Positions 14,879-27,450 of a DNA stretch of 64,000 bases are shown one piece after another. This DNA comes from the human T2T-CHM13v2.0 reference genome, Homo sapiens. The notes below the pieces were generated by a model. It had not been told where the DNA came from. It worked only from the letters and a program-made list of their open reading frames with translations, and ran no database searches. The stretch lies in the NCBI RefSeq assembly GCF_009914755.1, contig NC_060928.1; one strand, given 5' to 3'. A program made the position numbers and the translations under genes. Positions within the stretch are counted from its first letter, which is position 1. Each line of letters begins with the position of its first letter.

Positions 14879-16749
14879 TCCATTTAAAAAATGTTCATGT
14901 CTAGCATCCACAGTTTTTACCACTTGCCTTGCTCTTTATATTTTAATATCACAAAAACCACTAATAACCTCATATGTAAAAATTTTTCCTTGGATCTCCT
15001 ACTGTTTCTCATCTCAGTGGTATTTGGCGACCTTGCCTTTCTTAAGACATATCCCTTGTTTGAATTTCATAATTCTGAAATTTGCTGATTTCTTTCCTCC
15101 TCCTCCATCTACTCATTTCTGGCTGTATCCTTTGATTAATCTTTCTCTCTCTCTCTCAATCTGGCTATGCTCAAGATTCAGATCTCAGATAAAATTTTTA
15201 TCTGCTGTCTATATTCTCAAAGAAGCCATCTTTTCTTTGAACTCAGCTATCACCTTAATGAGTGCCAAACCTGTGTCTCCAGAATTCAACTCTTGCCCAT
15301 ATTTAGTCTTACATTTCTACCTACTTCAAAGTGATTTCTATTTATATATTTTAAGTTCTTAATAGGAAATGAAAATTTGTATATGTGCCATTTGAAACTC
15401 AACAGGCATCATGAAATGTTGCCTGGGTTTTTAAGTTTCTCGCTCATATTATTAGGGTTCACTATTAGAGTTTTTTTTACTCTTATGTTTCCTCCACATG
15501 TATTCAGTTAAGTCCTAGACTATTTTCCCACTTTACCATATCTTTTATGTTTATTTCTTATGCCCCTATTATTTCTGTTAACACCCTAATCTATTCCCTC
15601 ATTTCTTTGTGTCTTAATACTTCCACGGCTTCCTGTTTGGCTTCTTCCAATTTTAGAAGTTTCTGAATACACTTCCTGTTCTGTTTCTCACTAAACCATT
15701 CACTAAAAATAACAGGATTAATGAGACAAATAGAGACAGACTGGTCCCTCAAAAGCTATGCAACTTTATAACTGAAGAATTAACAAATATAATAATTGGT
15801 ACCTTTAAAAATAGCTTGCACAGTGTAGGCAGGCAAAACGCCCAAAGTCTGGTGGCTTACTCAGGGCATGTTAAAAATGCAAAGAAAAATAATGTGGAAA
15901 CACAGGTTTGCTGGTGCTAAGGCAATATACACAGGGAAGTGTAGTCCTGAGCAGAAGAGGAAATGCAACCTAAAACTGATACAAAGCTAGGATACATCTC
16001 TCTGGGGAGGGAGTTTTGGGTACAGGCACTCAGGCATTTTCTTAAAACAGTGCCCCAAATGTGTCTGCCTGTGTAATAGCTGAGTTGAAAGGGTTTTCCT
16101 TTTCTTCTGAAGTTTATAATTCTACTCCCATTATTCTGGCTCCCTTGCCTAAAAAAAAGCATATCTAAACCATCATAATTTCCATCTTCTACTGACATAA
16201 CTCTGCCATTCACTAATCAAATGTGAGCTAATTAGTGCTGGTAGAATAGACTCTATATTTTTTTCTATTTGATACTTGCTGGACATCACCTTACTTTTCA
16301 GCTTGTAATGCTATTTACTGCTATTTATATACTATTATTTATATTATTTACTATTTGTATACTGCTATCTCTTTAAAATAATTATTTATTCTCGGACTCA
16401 TTTATTCCTGTCTCTTATGCTGATTAAAGCTTTGTTTTCTCTTGTATCTTCTATTTCTCTATCCTGATTTTCTCTGCCTGTATATAGACTTGGGATTTTA
16501 TTATCAAAATTATTTATTTTTGAATAGCTTCATATGGCATATCTTATTTCTATAAGCAGATTGCAGGTTTCTAGAGGACAAGATCCATGTGTTTATAATA
16601 CTCTTTTTATATCTCCTCCTACATACGAGGGTATCAGTAAATGCTTATTGGTTAGTTGATTTAAAATCACAAATGTATTATTTCAAATTTACTATTATAT
16701 TAGTTAATTTTTTAAATGGACAAAAGAAAATTCACAAGGAAGTTAGCAT

Positions 16750-16880
16750 AATGTAGGGAAAAAAGCATGGGCTTCTGAATTAGATCGCTCTGGATTCAAA
16801 TTCAGGGCCTGCCACTGATTAGCACGTGATCTCAGGAAAATTACTTAATGTTTCTGAGTTTCAGTTTTCTTAGTAACCCA
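16750..16880 (+). mobile_element. MIR fragment
   Basis: ctggattcaaattc...gccact...gtgatctcagg...ttacttaat...tctgagtttcagttttct is the MIR core. Confidence 0.6.
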
Positions 16881-17723
16881 GAAAAAATTAACCTAGTTCT
16901 ATGTTTTTTGTAAACAAGAATTACATGAATTAATGAGATAATATTTTAATCAATTAAGAACTTCATAGAGTGAGTATGAATACTTAATGGGTGGTCAATA
17001 ATTAGAAGCGCCAGGATCTTGAGGAATAATCAGCCAGTACCTCATTATTACAAGCCATATAAAGAATCAAAACTCTGGAGTTTGCAGGATATAAATAATG
17101 AGAATTTGTGATTTTATATATGCATTTCCTAAGTTCTGCCTTTTGCTAGACTAAGCACTTTACATTCACTGTCTTACATCATCTTCATAGCACTCATCAC
17201 AGGTAGGTATTATTAGGAGCATTTACAGATAAATAAATTAAAGGTCTTAGCCAGCATGGAAAGGCCAAACTTGAGATAGAAACCCTGGTGTCTGACTCTA
17301 ATGTCTGTTTTTTTTTGTTTGTTTGTTTTTTTAAAATCAGTAATAGACTCTTCACTCCCTTTTTTGGGGGGTTATGTTACACTAATAAAGAGTATAGACA
17401 AAATAATTAGGGAGTTATTTTGTCAGATGTGTCACATAAGTTAAGAGTACCGTTCTTCAAAGAGATGGAGGCTTCAATCTCATTGTTTTGAAGGTTTCAA
17501 GGTATTTCAAGGTTTCAAGGTTTCAATCTCATCAGTTTTCAAGGTATTGGAGGTCCTCTTTTAGGTGGATAACTGACATAGATGGAGAAAATCACTTATG
17601 CATGCGAACACACGGAATACTTTTGAAAATTACCCCTTTCATTACATTCTTAAGTTAGAAAAAGAGCCAATTCCTCTGTAATGAACTGAATTATGAATTA
17701 CTAATTTCTGTCTTCTCCTTTAG

Positions 17724-17885
17724 GGTGACTCTGGAGGACCACTGGTTAGTTCAGATGCTAGAGATATCTGGTACCTTGCTGGAATAGTGAGCTGGGGAGA
17801 TGAATGTGCGAAACCCAACAAGCCTGGTGTTTATACTAGAGTTACGGCCTTGCGGGACTGGATTACTTCAAAAACTGGTATCTAA
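17724..17885 (+). CDS. TMPRSS11E: TMPRSS11E last coding exon containing the catalytic Ser
   Basis: Polypyrimidine tract and tag acceptor at 17721-17723. Translates [53 protein letters not shown], with TAA at 17883-17885. Matches the recalled DESC1 C-terminus. Confidence 0.95.
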
Positions 17886-18690
17886 GAGACAAAAGCCTCA
17901 TGGAACAGATAACATTTTTTTTTGTTTTTTGGGTGTGGAGGCCATTTTTAGAGATACAGAATTGGAGAAGACTTGCAAAACAGCTAGATTTGACTGATCT
18001 CAATAAACTGTTTGCTTGATGCATGTATTTTCTTCCCAGCTCTGTTCCGCACGTAAGCATCCTGCTTCTGCCAGATCAACTCTGTCATCTGTGAGCAATA
18101 GTTGAAACTTTATGTACATAGAGAAATAGATAATACAATATTACATTACAGCCTGTATTCATTTGTTCTCTAGAAGTTTTGTCAGAATTTTGACTTGTTG
18201 ACATAAATTTGTAATGCATATATACAATTTGAAGCACTCCTTTTCTTCAGTTCCTCAGCTCCTCTCATTTCAGCAAATATCCATTTTCAAGGTGCAGAAC
18301 AAGGAGTGAAAGAAAATATAAGAAGAAAAAAATCCCCTACATTTTATTGGCACAGAAAAGTATTAGGTGTTTTTCTTAGTGGAATATTAGAAATGATCAT
18401 ATTCATTATGAAAGGTCAAGCAAAGACAGCAGAATACCAATCACTTCATCATTTAGGAAGTATGGGAACTAAGTTAAGGAAGTCCAGAAAGAAGCCAAGA
18501 TATATCCTTATTTTCATTTCCAAACAACTACTATGATAAATGTGAAGAAGATTCTGTTTTTTTGTGACCTATAATAATTATACAAACTTCATGCAATGTA
18601 CTTGTTCTAAGCAAATTAAAGCAAATATTTATTTAACATTGTTACTGAGGATGTCAACATATAACAATAAAATATAAATCACCCATTTGC
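17886..18690 (+). other. TMPRSS11E: TMPRSS11E 3'UTR with candidate polyadenylation signals
   Basis: AATAAA at 18002-18007, ATTAAA at 18615-18620 and AATAAA at 18666-18671. The 3' end is inferred from the distal signal. Confidence 0.7.
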
Positions 18691-20989
18691 TTGACATTAT
18701 GATATGATAATCCACAAAGAAGGGGAAGATGGGAAAAATGTTACTAGTCAATTTATTGTAAATTTTTTTAAAATTTGAGGCTAGGATGAAAATTAATTTA
18801 ATAACAATCAGCATGCTTATGTACTAAAATAATTGCGTTGTGGAATGGGAGGGAACGAAGAGTTCAAACAATTGACTGGAAAGGTTTTATTCATCTAAGA
18901 CTTTCCCAAACAGCAAATCCTTGAAGGGAATGAGATCCAGGTGTTAGTGTACAGTCTAGTGATGCAACTGAACTGGGGCTCAGACCTCTATTTTGAGATG
19001 ATTGTAGATATTTTTCTTCCCCTGCTGCTGTGTTTACAGTTCATACATGGTTAATGGTCCTGTTAGACTCCTCTTCGCTGAGATGGAAAGATACCATAGA
19101 GAAAATATCCTGGAAGCTGCCTCACTGCTGCATCTAGTGTGACACTGAATGGCTAACTGCCTGGATAACAAAACTGAAGAGTAAAAGCATGATATTGGCC
19201 ACCTTCATGATTTTTAGTTTTGGTAAATTATTACTGAGCTGTTAGAGACACAGCTTTCAAGTAATCCAGACCGTAATGAAGTTAGGACTGGTACCATGAT
19301 GTACGGCATGTTAATGGTGAGATTTCACCAAGTCTGTCCTCATTGCATATAGCTACTCATATAAGTTCTATATTGTACAATAATTACCCTGAAAACCAGT
19401 ATTGCCACGAAAAATTTAAGTTTATTGATCTGAATAACACTGGAGTATGAACTGATAACATTTAGGCACTTGGCAAAAATATGAAAACTGACATGAATTG
19501 ATAGTGCTAAATATTTTGCATAAGCTATTTTTGTTTCATTTAGCAAAATGCTCTGGGAAAAAACAAAATTGAGGAAAACCTTGAATTTTAAGCAAGGATA
19601 TAAGTACCTTTAAAACTACTCTCAGTGTTCTGTTAAAAATGGATTCCTCTTGTTTCAGTGTATTCTGTAGTTGGGCCTCTAGGTGGCACCCACAAGCTGT
19701 AGGAAGCTATGGGGAAGCCTGACATCAAGAAGGATGTCTAGATCTGTAAGTAATAATGAGAACTGTACCTGAAATTAGAGTCTCGTGAAACCAAAAGAAT
19801 ACAGTTTTTCTTTGCAAATGGCGTTTAAAAATTAATTCGTGTTGATTTACATCATTATTCGTATTTTTCAAATTTCTGGACATTTGATTCCAAACTAAAA
19901 TAAAATTTATGTTGCATGATTTGAGGAACTCCCTCTGCAAAAGCACCTGGAGCAATTTAAATTAAGAAGAAATTTTAAAAGCTTAATTTTGCAATGACAT
20001 CTTATTCCTAAGAGAAATACTTTTGCTATTTCCTTCTACAAAGGATTTGAGAAATAGAAGTTTGGGTCAAAGTGAAAATATGAGCGATAGTTCAAACTTT
20101 ATGTACATAGAGAAATAGGTAATACATTTCTAAAATGGTAACTTCTTTTGAAAAGTAATTACCAAAGGGTTTTATCTGCATGTCTGTGTTAACTGTTTCA
20201 TTGGAGATAGTTAAGAAGATGTGAAGATAATATTTATTACTTTTTTCAAGAGGGCAGGCAGTTCCTCTTCTATATCTTCGATCTCTCTTCCTACAGCACT
20301 AGTAAAGTACTCTGTATATAACAGTCCTTCAATAAATGTTGTTGAATGACTCTTTTATTTTTACATTATGCAGAAAACATAGCTTTATTATTATTTACAC
20401 ATTGATTTTTAAAAGTAATCCCAGATTTTACACTGAGTGAATTAAGCCGGTTACTATTTATCTAAGCCTATAATCTCACCCGTAAGATAGAGATGATATT
20501 TGCTCAAATGATTGTTGTGGAAATAAAACTGTGAATGTTTAAAAAGTGCTTAGCACAGTTCTTGGAACATTAGTAGGTGTTCAAGAGACCATAGTAATAA
20601 TAACTGTTGCTATAATGAAACTACACTCTTGTTTTAAAAAATATGGTATTTGATTATAACAGGCTGAATACCTTTTTTTTTGAAATGACAAGATAATTAG
20701 ACCAACAAAATGTGCTAGTTAAAAAAATTTCTGATTCTACAAAAAGTTTTACTGGGATAATTCCGAAACATATTTATCAAAGTGGTCTGTCAATGTGAGG
20801 GTTCATTCTAACTTTTGACTTCAATTTTAAAAAATGATAAACTTTATTAACCACCGAGTGGCTGGATTATATCAAGATCTATGGTGTAGTTCAAATGTCG
20901 CCTCTTCCCTGAAGCCTTTTTTTACTTCCTCAAGTGGATGTACTATACGTTTTTTCTGAACTTCCTTACCATTAATTTTTTTTATTTTC

Positions 20990-21740
20990 AGATAATCATT
21001 GATTCAGATACGGTTAAGATATAACTGTAAGATATAATTCACAGAGATTCTGTGTACCCTTTACTCAGTTTACCTCAATAGTAAGATCTTGCTTAGGTGT
21101 AGTATAATATTACAATGAAGAAGTTGACATTGAGACAATCCATTAACTTTATTAGGATGCAATCAATTATATATGTGTGTGTAGGTGTGTGTGTAATTAG
21201 TTCTATGTAATTTAATTACATATGTAGATTCATGTGATTACCAAGATACAGATAGTTTGTTCACAAGGCTACATCACGCTACCGACAGCCATCCAGCTCC
21301 CTCCCTAGGCCTGTGTCTAGTCTCTAATCCCTGGCAACCACTAATCTGCTCTCCATCTTTATAATTTTTATTATTTCAAGAATGGTATATAAATATATTA
21401 TACAATATGTAACTTTTTCAGGTTGGCTTTTTCGCTCAGTATAATTTTCTTGAGATCTGTCCAAGTTGTTGTGTGTGTCAGTAGTTAATTCTTTTTTTAT
21501 TACTGAGTAGTATTACATGATAGGGCTGTACTTCAGTTTGTTAACTGTATACCCACTGAAGGGCATTTGGATTGTTCTCAGGTTTTGGCTATTACAAATA
21601 AAGCTGCTATGAAGATTTGTGTGTAAGCTTTTGTGTGGACATAAGTTTTATTTTTCTGAGATTTATGGCCTAGAGTATGCTGGGTCATACGGTAAGTACA
21701 TGTTTAGATTTTTAAGAAACGGCCATATTCTTTTCACATG
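20990..21740 (-). mobile_element. Old L1M (L1MC-like) 3'-end fragment
   Basis: ccctggcaaccactaatctgctctccatctttataatttt and ttttggctattacaaataaagctgctatgaa. Confidence 0.65.
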
Positions 21741-22634
21741 GCTCCTTACTACTTGTAAAACTCTCTGTACTTAGAATATCTACCTGTGTATTTCAGATGT
21801 GCAGATAGATGTGATTTCAACAACTAGACTGTAAACTCCATGAGGGTGGGGACACTAACTGGTTCATTTTTATATCCTTCACAGTTCACAGAAAACTATA
21901 ATATTGTTTATGGCAGTTGTTCTATAAAGATTTATTAAATAAAAATAAAGAGTAATAAAAGCAAACAAATAAATATACGTGAAATAAAAAAGAAGAAATG
22001 GCTTTGGGTAGAAAAGAATGAACAGTATTTCCTTCATGAAGGTATTACTGCTCAATTTCTGTAATTCTGCATGGACTCTACCATGGCACTTCCATGTATC
22101 TTATGTTGGTTGATATAAAGTCTGTTTTTCACCTTTCCACAGGGTACACAATCAAACATAGACTAAAGACATGGTTGATATGGAGAATCTCTCTTTATAC
22201 CTGAATTTAGTTTCTGATACATGTTATATTTAAGAGTTTTCTGACACATCTGTATCAGCTTCTACTGTATTTGTGGAATGGATTCCAGTTTAGGAGCACA
22301 ATCAATAAATATTTGTTGCTCTTACTTTTTATAACTATGATTCTATAATTTGTCCTAATGTAATTTTTATTATATAACTCAAGGTGGAGTGAAAGACAGA
22401 GACCTGTGAAATGTAATCAGAAGTTCTCTCTTAATTGTCCCTAACACATTAATCAGTACCTCTTTGGCGTAGATGTAGTCAGCTTAAATTTTACAATCAC
22501 TGTACTCACTGCCTTGCATATACCCCTCACCTGCTTGTTCTCTTGCTCCACCACTCTGTGACACTTGCTTTTTACTATGATCCTGGTAAAATTTAACTCT
22601 CCACTTACTGTTTTTAAAAACTAATTAATTTCCC

Positions 22635-23245
22635 CCAATTTTATTAAAGTATAATTGGCTAATAAAAATTGTATATAATTACAGTGTAAAATTTGATGTT
22701 TTGATATATGTATACATTGTGAAATTATTAAATCAAGCTAATTAATATATTCATTACCGCAATACTATTTTTTAAAAGAACATTTAATATCTACTCAGCA
22801 ATATCTACTTTTAACAATTTAAAAATACTCAATACATTATTATTAACTGTAGTCTCCATGCTGTAAATAGGCCTCCAGAACTTATTTCTTCTATGTAACT
22901 GAAACTTTGTACCTTTTAATCAATATCTTCTCATTTCTACCACACTCCAGCCTCTAGCAACCACCATTTTACTCTCTGCTTCTATTAGTTCAGCTTTCTT
23001 AGATTCCACATATAAGTGAGATCATGTAGTAATCAGCACTCTGTGTTTGGCTTATTTCACTTAACATAATATCCTCCAGATTCATCTATGTTGTCACAAA
23101 TGACACGATTCCCTTCGTTTTTAAAGCTGTATCATATTCCAATGTGTGTATTTCTTTATTCTTCCACCAATGGACATGTAGGTTGATTCTATATTTTGGC
23201 TATTGTGAATAATGCTACAATAAACATGAGAATGCAAGCATTTCT
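22635..23245 (-). mobile_element. L1MA-like 3'-end fragment
   Basis: ttagattccacatataagtgagatcatg and ttggctattgtgaataatgct. Confidence 0.7.
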
Positions 23246-23735
23246 GTACCAAAAGTGAAAAACAGAATGGTTGTATGGTACTTAAAGTATGGTTTCTACT
23301 GAATATTTCAATTAATCACTGCTGAGATAACCAAAATAGTGTGTAAAAAACAAGCAAATCAGCAAAACCAAAATTGCACTTTTTCAAAATGTCAGATAAA
23401 TGACTAATCTTTTAACTAGACTGAACTCCCATAAAGGAGATGATTCACATTTTAATAATAAAGTCAGATATAATAGTAAAGACATTATTACCAATCATAC
23501 AGAAATAAAAGAATTATAATTGTATATTAGGAGCACTGGTATGTCAACAAATTATAATAACTTAGATGAAATGAACAAATCTCTAAAAGACACAGTCATA
23601 CAGACTCAAGAGTTCTAACACAATTCTATTATGTTCAAAGGACACACTTCGTATGATTTCAGTACTTTTATTGAGAGATACGGCCTAGCAATGGCCTATC
23701 TTGGAAAATGTTAATGTACTTGAGAATATTATATA

Positions 23736-24416
23736 CAGTCATGCATTGCTTAACAACAGGGATATATGAACTGCATTGTTACATGATTTTGTTGTGTGAA
23801 CATCATACAGTGTACTTACATAAATCTACATGGTGTAGCCTACTACACACCTAGGCTGTATGGCATAATCTATTGCTCCTAACTTACAACCTGTACAGCA
23901 TATTACTATACTGAATACTACAGGGAATTGTAACACAGTGGGAAGCATTTGTGTATTTAAACATAACTATACGTAGAAAAGTTACTGTACAAATACAATC
24001 TAAAAAATTAAAAAATGGTATACCTGTTAAAATTCTTATCATGAATGGAGTTTTCAGGGCTAGAAGTTGCTCTGGGTGAGTCAGTGAGTGAGTGGTGAAT
24101 GAATGTGAAGGCATAGGACATTATTATACACTACTGTAGACTTTATAAACACCATGCACTTAGGCTACACTAAATTTGTAAACAATTTTCCCTCTTCAAT
24201 GAAAAATTAACTTTAGCTTACTGTAACCCTTTTAATTTATAAACTTTAAATTTCTTTTACTTTTTGACTCTTTTATAATAGCACTTAGCTTAAAAACAAA
24301 CATATTTTTCAGCCATACAAAAATATTTTTTCTTTATACCCTTATTCTATAAGCTTTTAAAAATATTTTAATAATTTATTATTTTTTACCTTTAAACTTT
24401 TTGGTTAAAAACTAAG
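23736..24416 (+). mobile_element. Tigger3/Golem-like DNA transposon, truncated
   Basis: TA followed by the cagtcatgcattgcttaac terminus and gtagcctactacacacctaggct. Breaks off at about 24416 with no second TIR. Confidence 0.75.
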
Positions 24417-26009
24417 AGCCCACCACAGCTCAGCAAGGCCACTGTGGCCAGACTGACTCTCTAGATTCCCTCCTCTCTGGGCAGAACATCTCTGAAAAAA
24501 AGGCAGCAGCCCCAGTCAGGGACTTATAGATAAAACCCCCACCTCCTGGGACAGAGCAGCTGGGGGAAGGGGTGGTTGTGGGCACAGCTTCAGCAGACTT
24601 AAATGTTCCTACCTGGCAGCTCTGAAGACAGCAGTGGATCTCCCAGCACAGCGTTCAAGCTCTGATAAGGGACAGCCTGCCTCCTCAAGTGGGTCACTGA
24701 CCCCCGTGTATCCTGACTGGGAGACACCTCCCAGTAGAGGCCGACAGACACCTCATACAGGAGAGCTCTGGCTGACATCTGGTGGGTGCTCCTCTGGGAC
24801 GAAGCTTCCAGAGGAAGGAACAAGCAGCAATTTTTGCTGTTCTGTAGCCTCCGCTAGTGATAGCCAGGCAAACAGGTTCTGGAGTGGACCTCCAGCAAAC
24901 TCCAGCAGACCTGCAGCAGAGGGCCCTGAATGTTAGAGGGAAAACTAACAAACAGAAAGGAATAGTATCAACATCAACAAAAAGGATGTCCACTCAGAGA
25001 CCCCATCGGAAAGTCACTGACTTCAAAGACCAAAGGTAGATAAATCCACGAAGATGGGGAGAAACAAGTGCAAAAAGGCTGAAAATCCAAAAACCAGAAT
25101 GCCTCCTCTCCTCCAAAGGATCACAACTCCTCACCAGCAAGGGAACAAAATGGGATGGAGAATGAGTTTGATGAATTGACAGAAGTAGGCTTCAGAAGGT
25201 GGGTAATAACAAACTCCTCCGAGCTAAAGGAGCATGTTCTAACCCAATGTAAGGAAGCTAAGAACCTTGAAAAAAGGTTAGATGAATTGCTAACTAGAAT
25301 AAACAGTTTAGAGAAGAGCATAAATGACCTGATAGAGCTGAAAAACACAGCAGGAGAACTTCATGAAGCATACGCAAGTATCAATAGCGAACCAATCAAG
25401 CAGAAGAAAGGATATCAGAGATTGAAGATCAACTCAATGAAATAAAGCAAGAAGACAAGATTAGAGCAAAAAGAGTGAAAAGAAAAGAACAAAGCATCCA
25501 AGAAATATAGGACTATGTGAAAAGACCAAATCTATGTGTGATTGGTGTACCTGAAAGTGATGGAGAGAATGGAACCAAGTTGGAAAACACTCTTCAGGAT
25601 ATTATCCAGGAGAACTTTCCCAACCTAGCAAGGCAGGCCAACATTCAAATTCAGGAAATACAGAGATCACCACAAAGATATTCCTGGAGAAGAGCAACCC
25701 CAAGACACATAATTGTCAGATTCACCAAGGTTGAAGTGAAGGAAAAAAATGTTAAGGGCAGCCATAGAGAAACGTTGGGTTACCCACAAAGGGAAGCCAA
25801 TCAGACTAACAGCAGATCTCTCTGCAGAAACCCTACAAGCCAGAAGAGAGTGGGGGCCAATATTCAACATTCTTAAAAAAATTTTCAACCCAGAATTTCA
25901 TATCCAGACAAACTAAGTTTCCTAAGCGAAGGAGAAATAAAATCCTTTACAGAAAAGGAAATACTGAGAGATTTTTGTCACCACCAGGCCTGCCCTACAA
26001 GAGCTCCTG
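24417..26009 (+). mobile_element. L1PA7-like fragment: partial 5'UTR plus disrupted ORF1
   Basis: ORF1p pieces 25155-25445 and 25517-25876 (KRPNLCVIGVPESDGENGTKLENTLQDIIQENFPNLAR). Ends abruptly at caagagctcctg, just before the ORF1 C-terminus. Confidence 0.88.
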
Positions 26010-26575
26010 CAGTAGTTTCTGCTGCCTTTTGTTCAGCTATGACCTGCCACCAGAGGTGGAGTCTGCAGAGATAGGCAGGGCTCCTTGAGCTGCAGTGGGC
26101 TCCACCCAGTTCGAGCTTCCTGGCTGCTTTGTTTACCTACTCAAGCCTCAGCAATGGCGAATGCCCCTCCCACAGCCAGTCTGCCACCTTGCAGTTCTAT
26201 CTCAGACTGCTGTGCTAGCAGTGAGCAAAGCTCTGTGGGCATGGGACCCGCTGAGCCAGGCACGGGATATAATCTCCTGGTGTGCTGTTTGCTGAGACCA
26301 TTGGAAAAGGTGGGAGTGTCCCAATTTTCCTGGTAGAGTCTGTCATGGCTTCCCCTGGCTAGGAAATGGAAATCCCCCAACTCCTTGCACTTCCAGGGTG
26401 AGGCGATGCCCTGCCCTGCTTCAGCTTGCCTTCTGTGGGCTGCACCCACTGCCCAACCAGTGCCAGTAGGATGAACCAGGTACCTCAGTTGAAAATGCAG
26501 AAATCACCCATCTTCTGCATTGATCATGCTGGGAGCTGCAGACCAGAGCTGTTCCTATTTGGCCATCTTGGTTCT
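26010..26575 (-). mobile_element. L1PA (about PA5/6) 5'UTR terminal ~560 bp only
   Basis: Ends gttcctatttggccatcttg, the reverse complement of the L1 start and YY1 site. Contains an ORF0-like frame at 26154-26336 on +. Confidence 0.85.
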
Positions 26576-26579
26576 TCAC

Positions 26580-27450
26580 TATAGACACGTTACAAAGGAA
26601 GATATACAAGCAGCCAACAAGCATATGAACAAAAAGATCAATATCACTGATCATTAGGGTAATGCAAATTGAAACCACAGTGAGATACCACTGATCATTA
26701 GATAAATGCAAATCAAAACCACAGTGAAATACTATTTCACACAAGTTAGAGTGGCTATAATTAGTCAAAAAATAGCAGATACTGGTGAGGTTGCAGAGAA
26801 AAGGGAACACTTATACACTGTTGGTGGGAGCGTAAATTAGTTCAACCATTGTGGAAAGAGGTGTGGTGATTACTCAAAAAGCTAAAAGCAGAACTACCAT
26901 TTGACCCAGCAGTCCTATTACTGGATATATGCCCAAAGGAATATATATCGTTCTACCATAAAGACACATGTACATTTATGTTCATTGCAGCACTGTTCAC
27001 AATAGCAAAGACATGGAATCAACCTAAATGCCCATCAATGGTAGACTGGATAAAGAATATGTGGTACATATACACCATGGGATGCTATGCAGCCATAAAA
27101 AAGAATGAGATCATGTCCTTTGCAGGAACATGGATGGAACTGGAGACCATCATCCTTAGCAAACTAACACAGGAACAGAAAACCAAATGCTGCATGTACT
27201 CACTTATGAGGGGGAGCTAACTGATGAGAACACATGGATGCAAAGAGACAACAGACATTGGGGTCTACTTGACGGTGGAGGGTTGGGGAGAAGAATAGGA
27301 TCAGAAAAAATAACTATTGGGTCCTAGGCTTTGTACCTGGGTGATGAAATAGTCTGCACAACAAACTCCCATGACAGGAGATCACCTATATTAGAAGCCT
27401 GCACTTTTACCCCTGAACCTAAACTATAAGTTTTTTTTTTAAAAAAATCT
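26580..27450 (+). mobile_element. Older L1PA (PA13-16-like) 3' end
   Basis: ORF2 C-terminus 26978-27220 (MFIAALFTIAKTWNQPKCPS) followed by 3'UTR and an A-rich tail. Confidence 0.85.

Noticed and set aside
17800-18060. ORFs 17800-17997 (+) and 17863-18060 (-)
   Set aside because: They are off-frame or antisense overlaps of the real TMPRSS11E exon and UTR, with no recognisable protein features.
26154-26336. Second ORF0-like frame
   Set aside because: It is shortened by an internal deletion and sits in an orphan 5'UTR fragment, with no reason to expect function.
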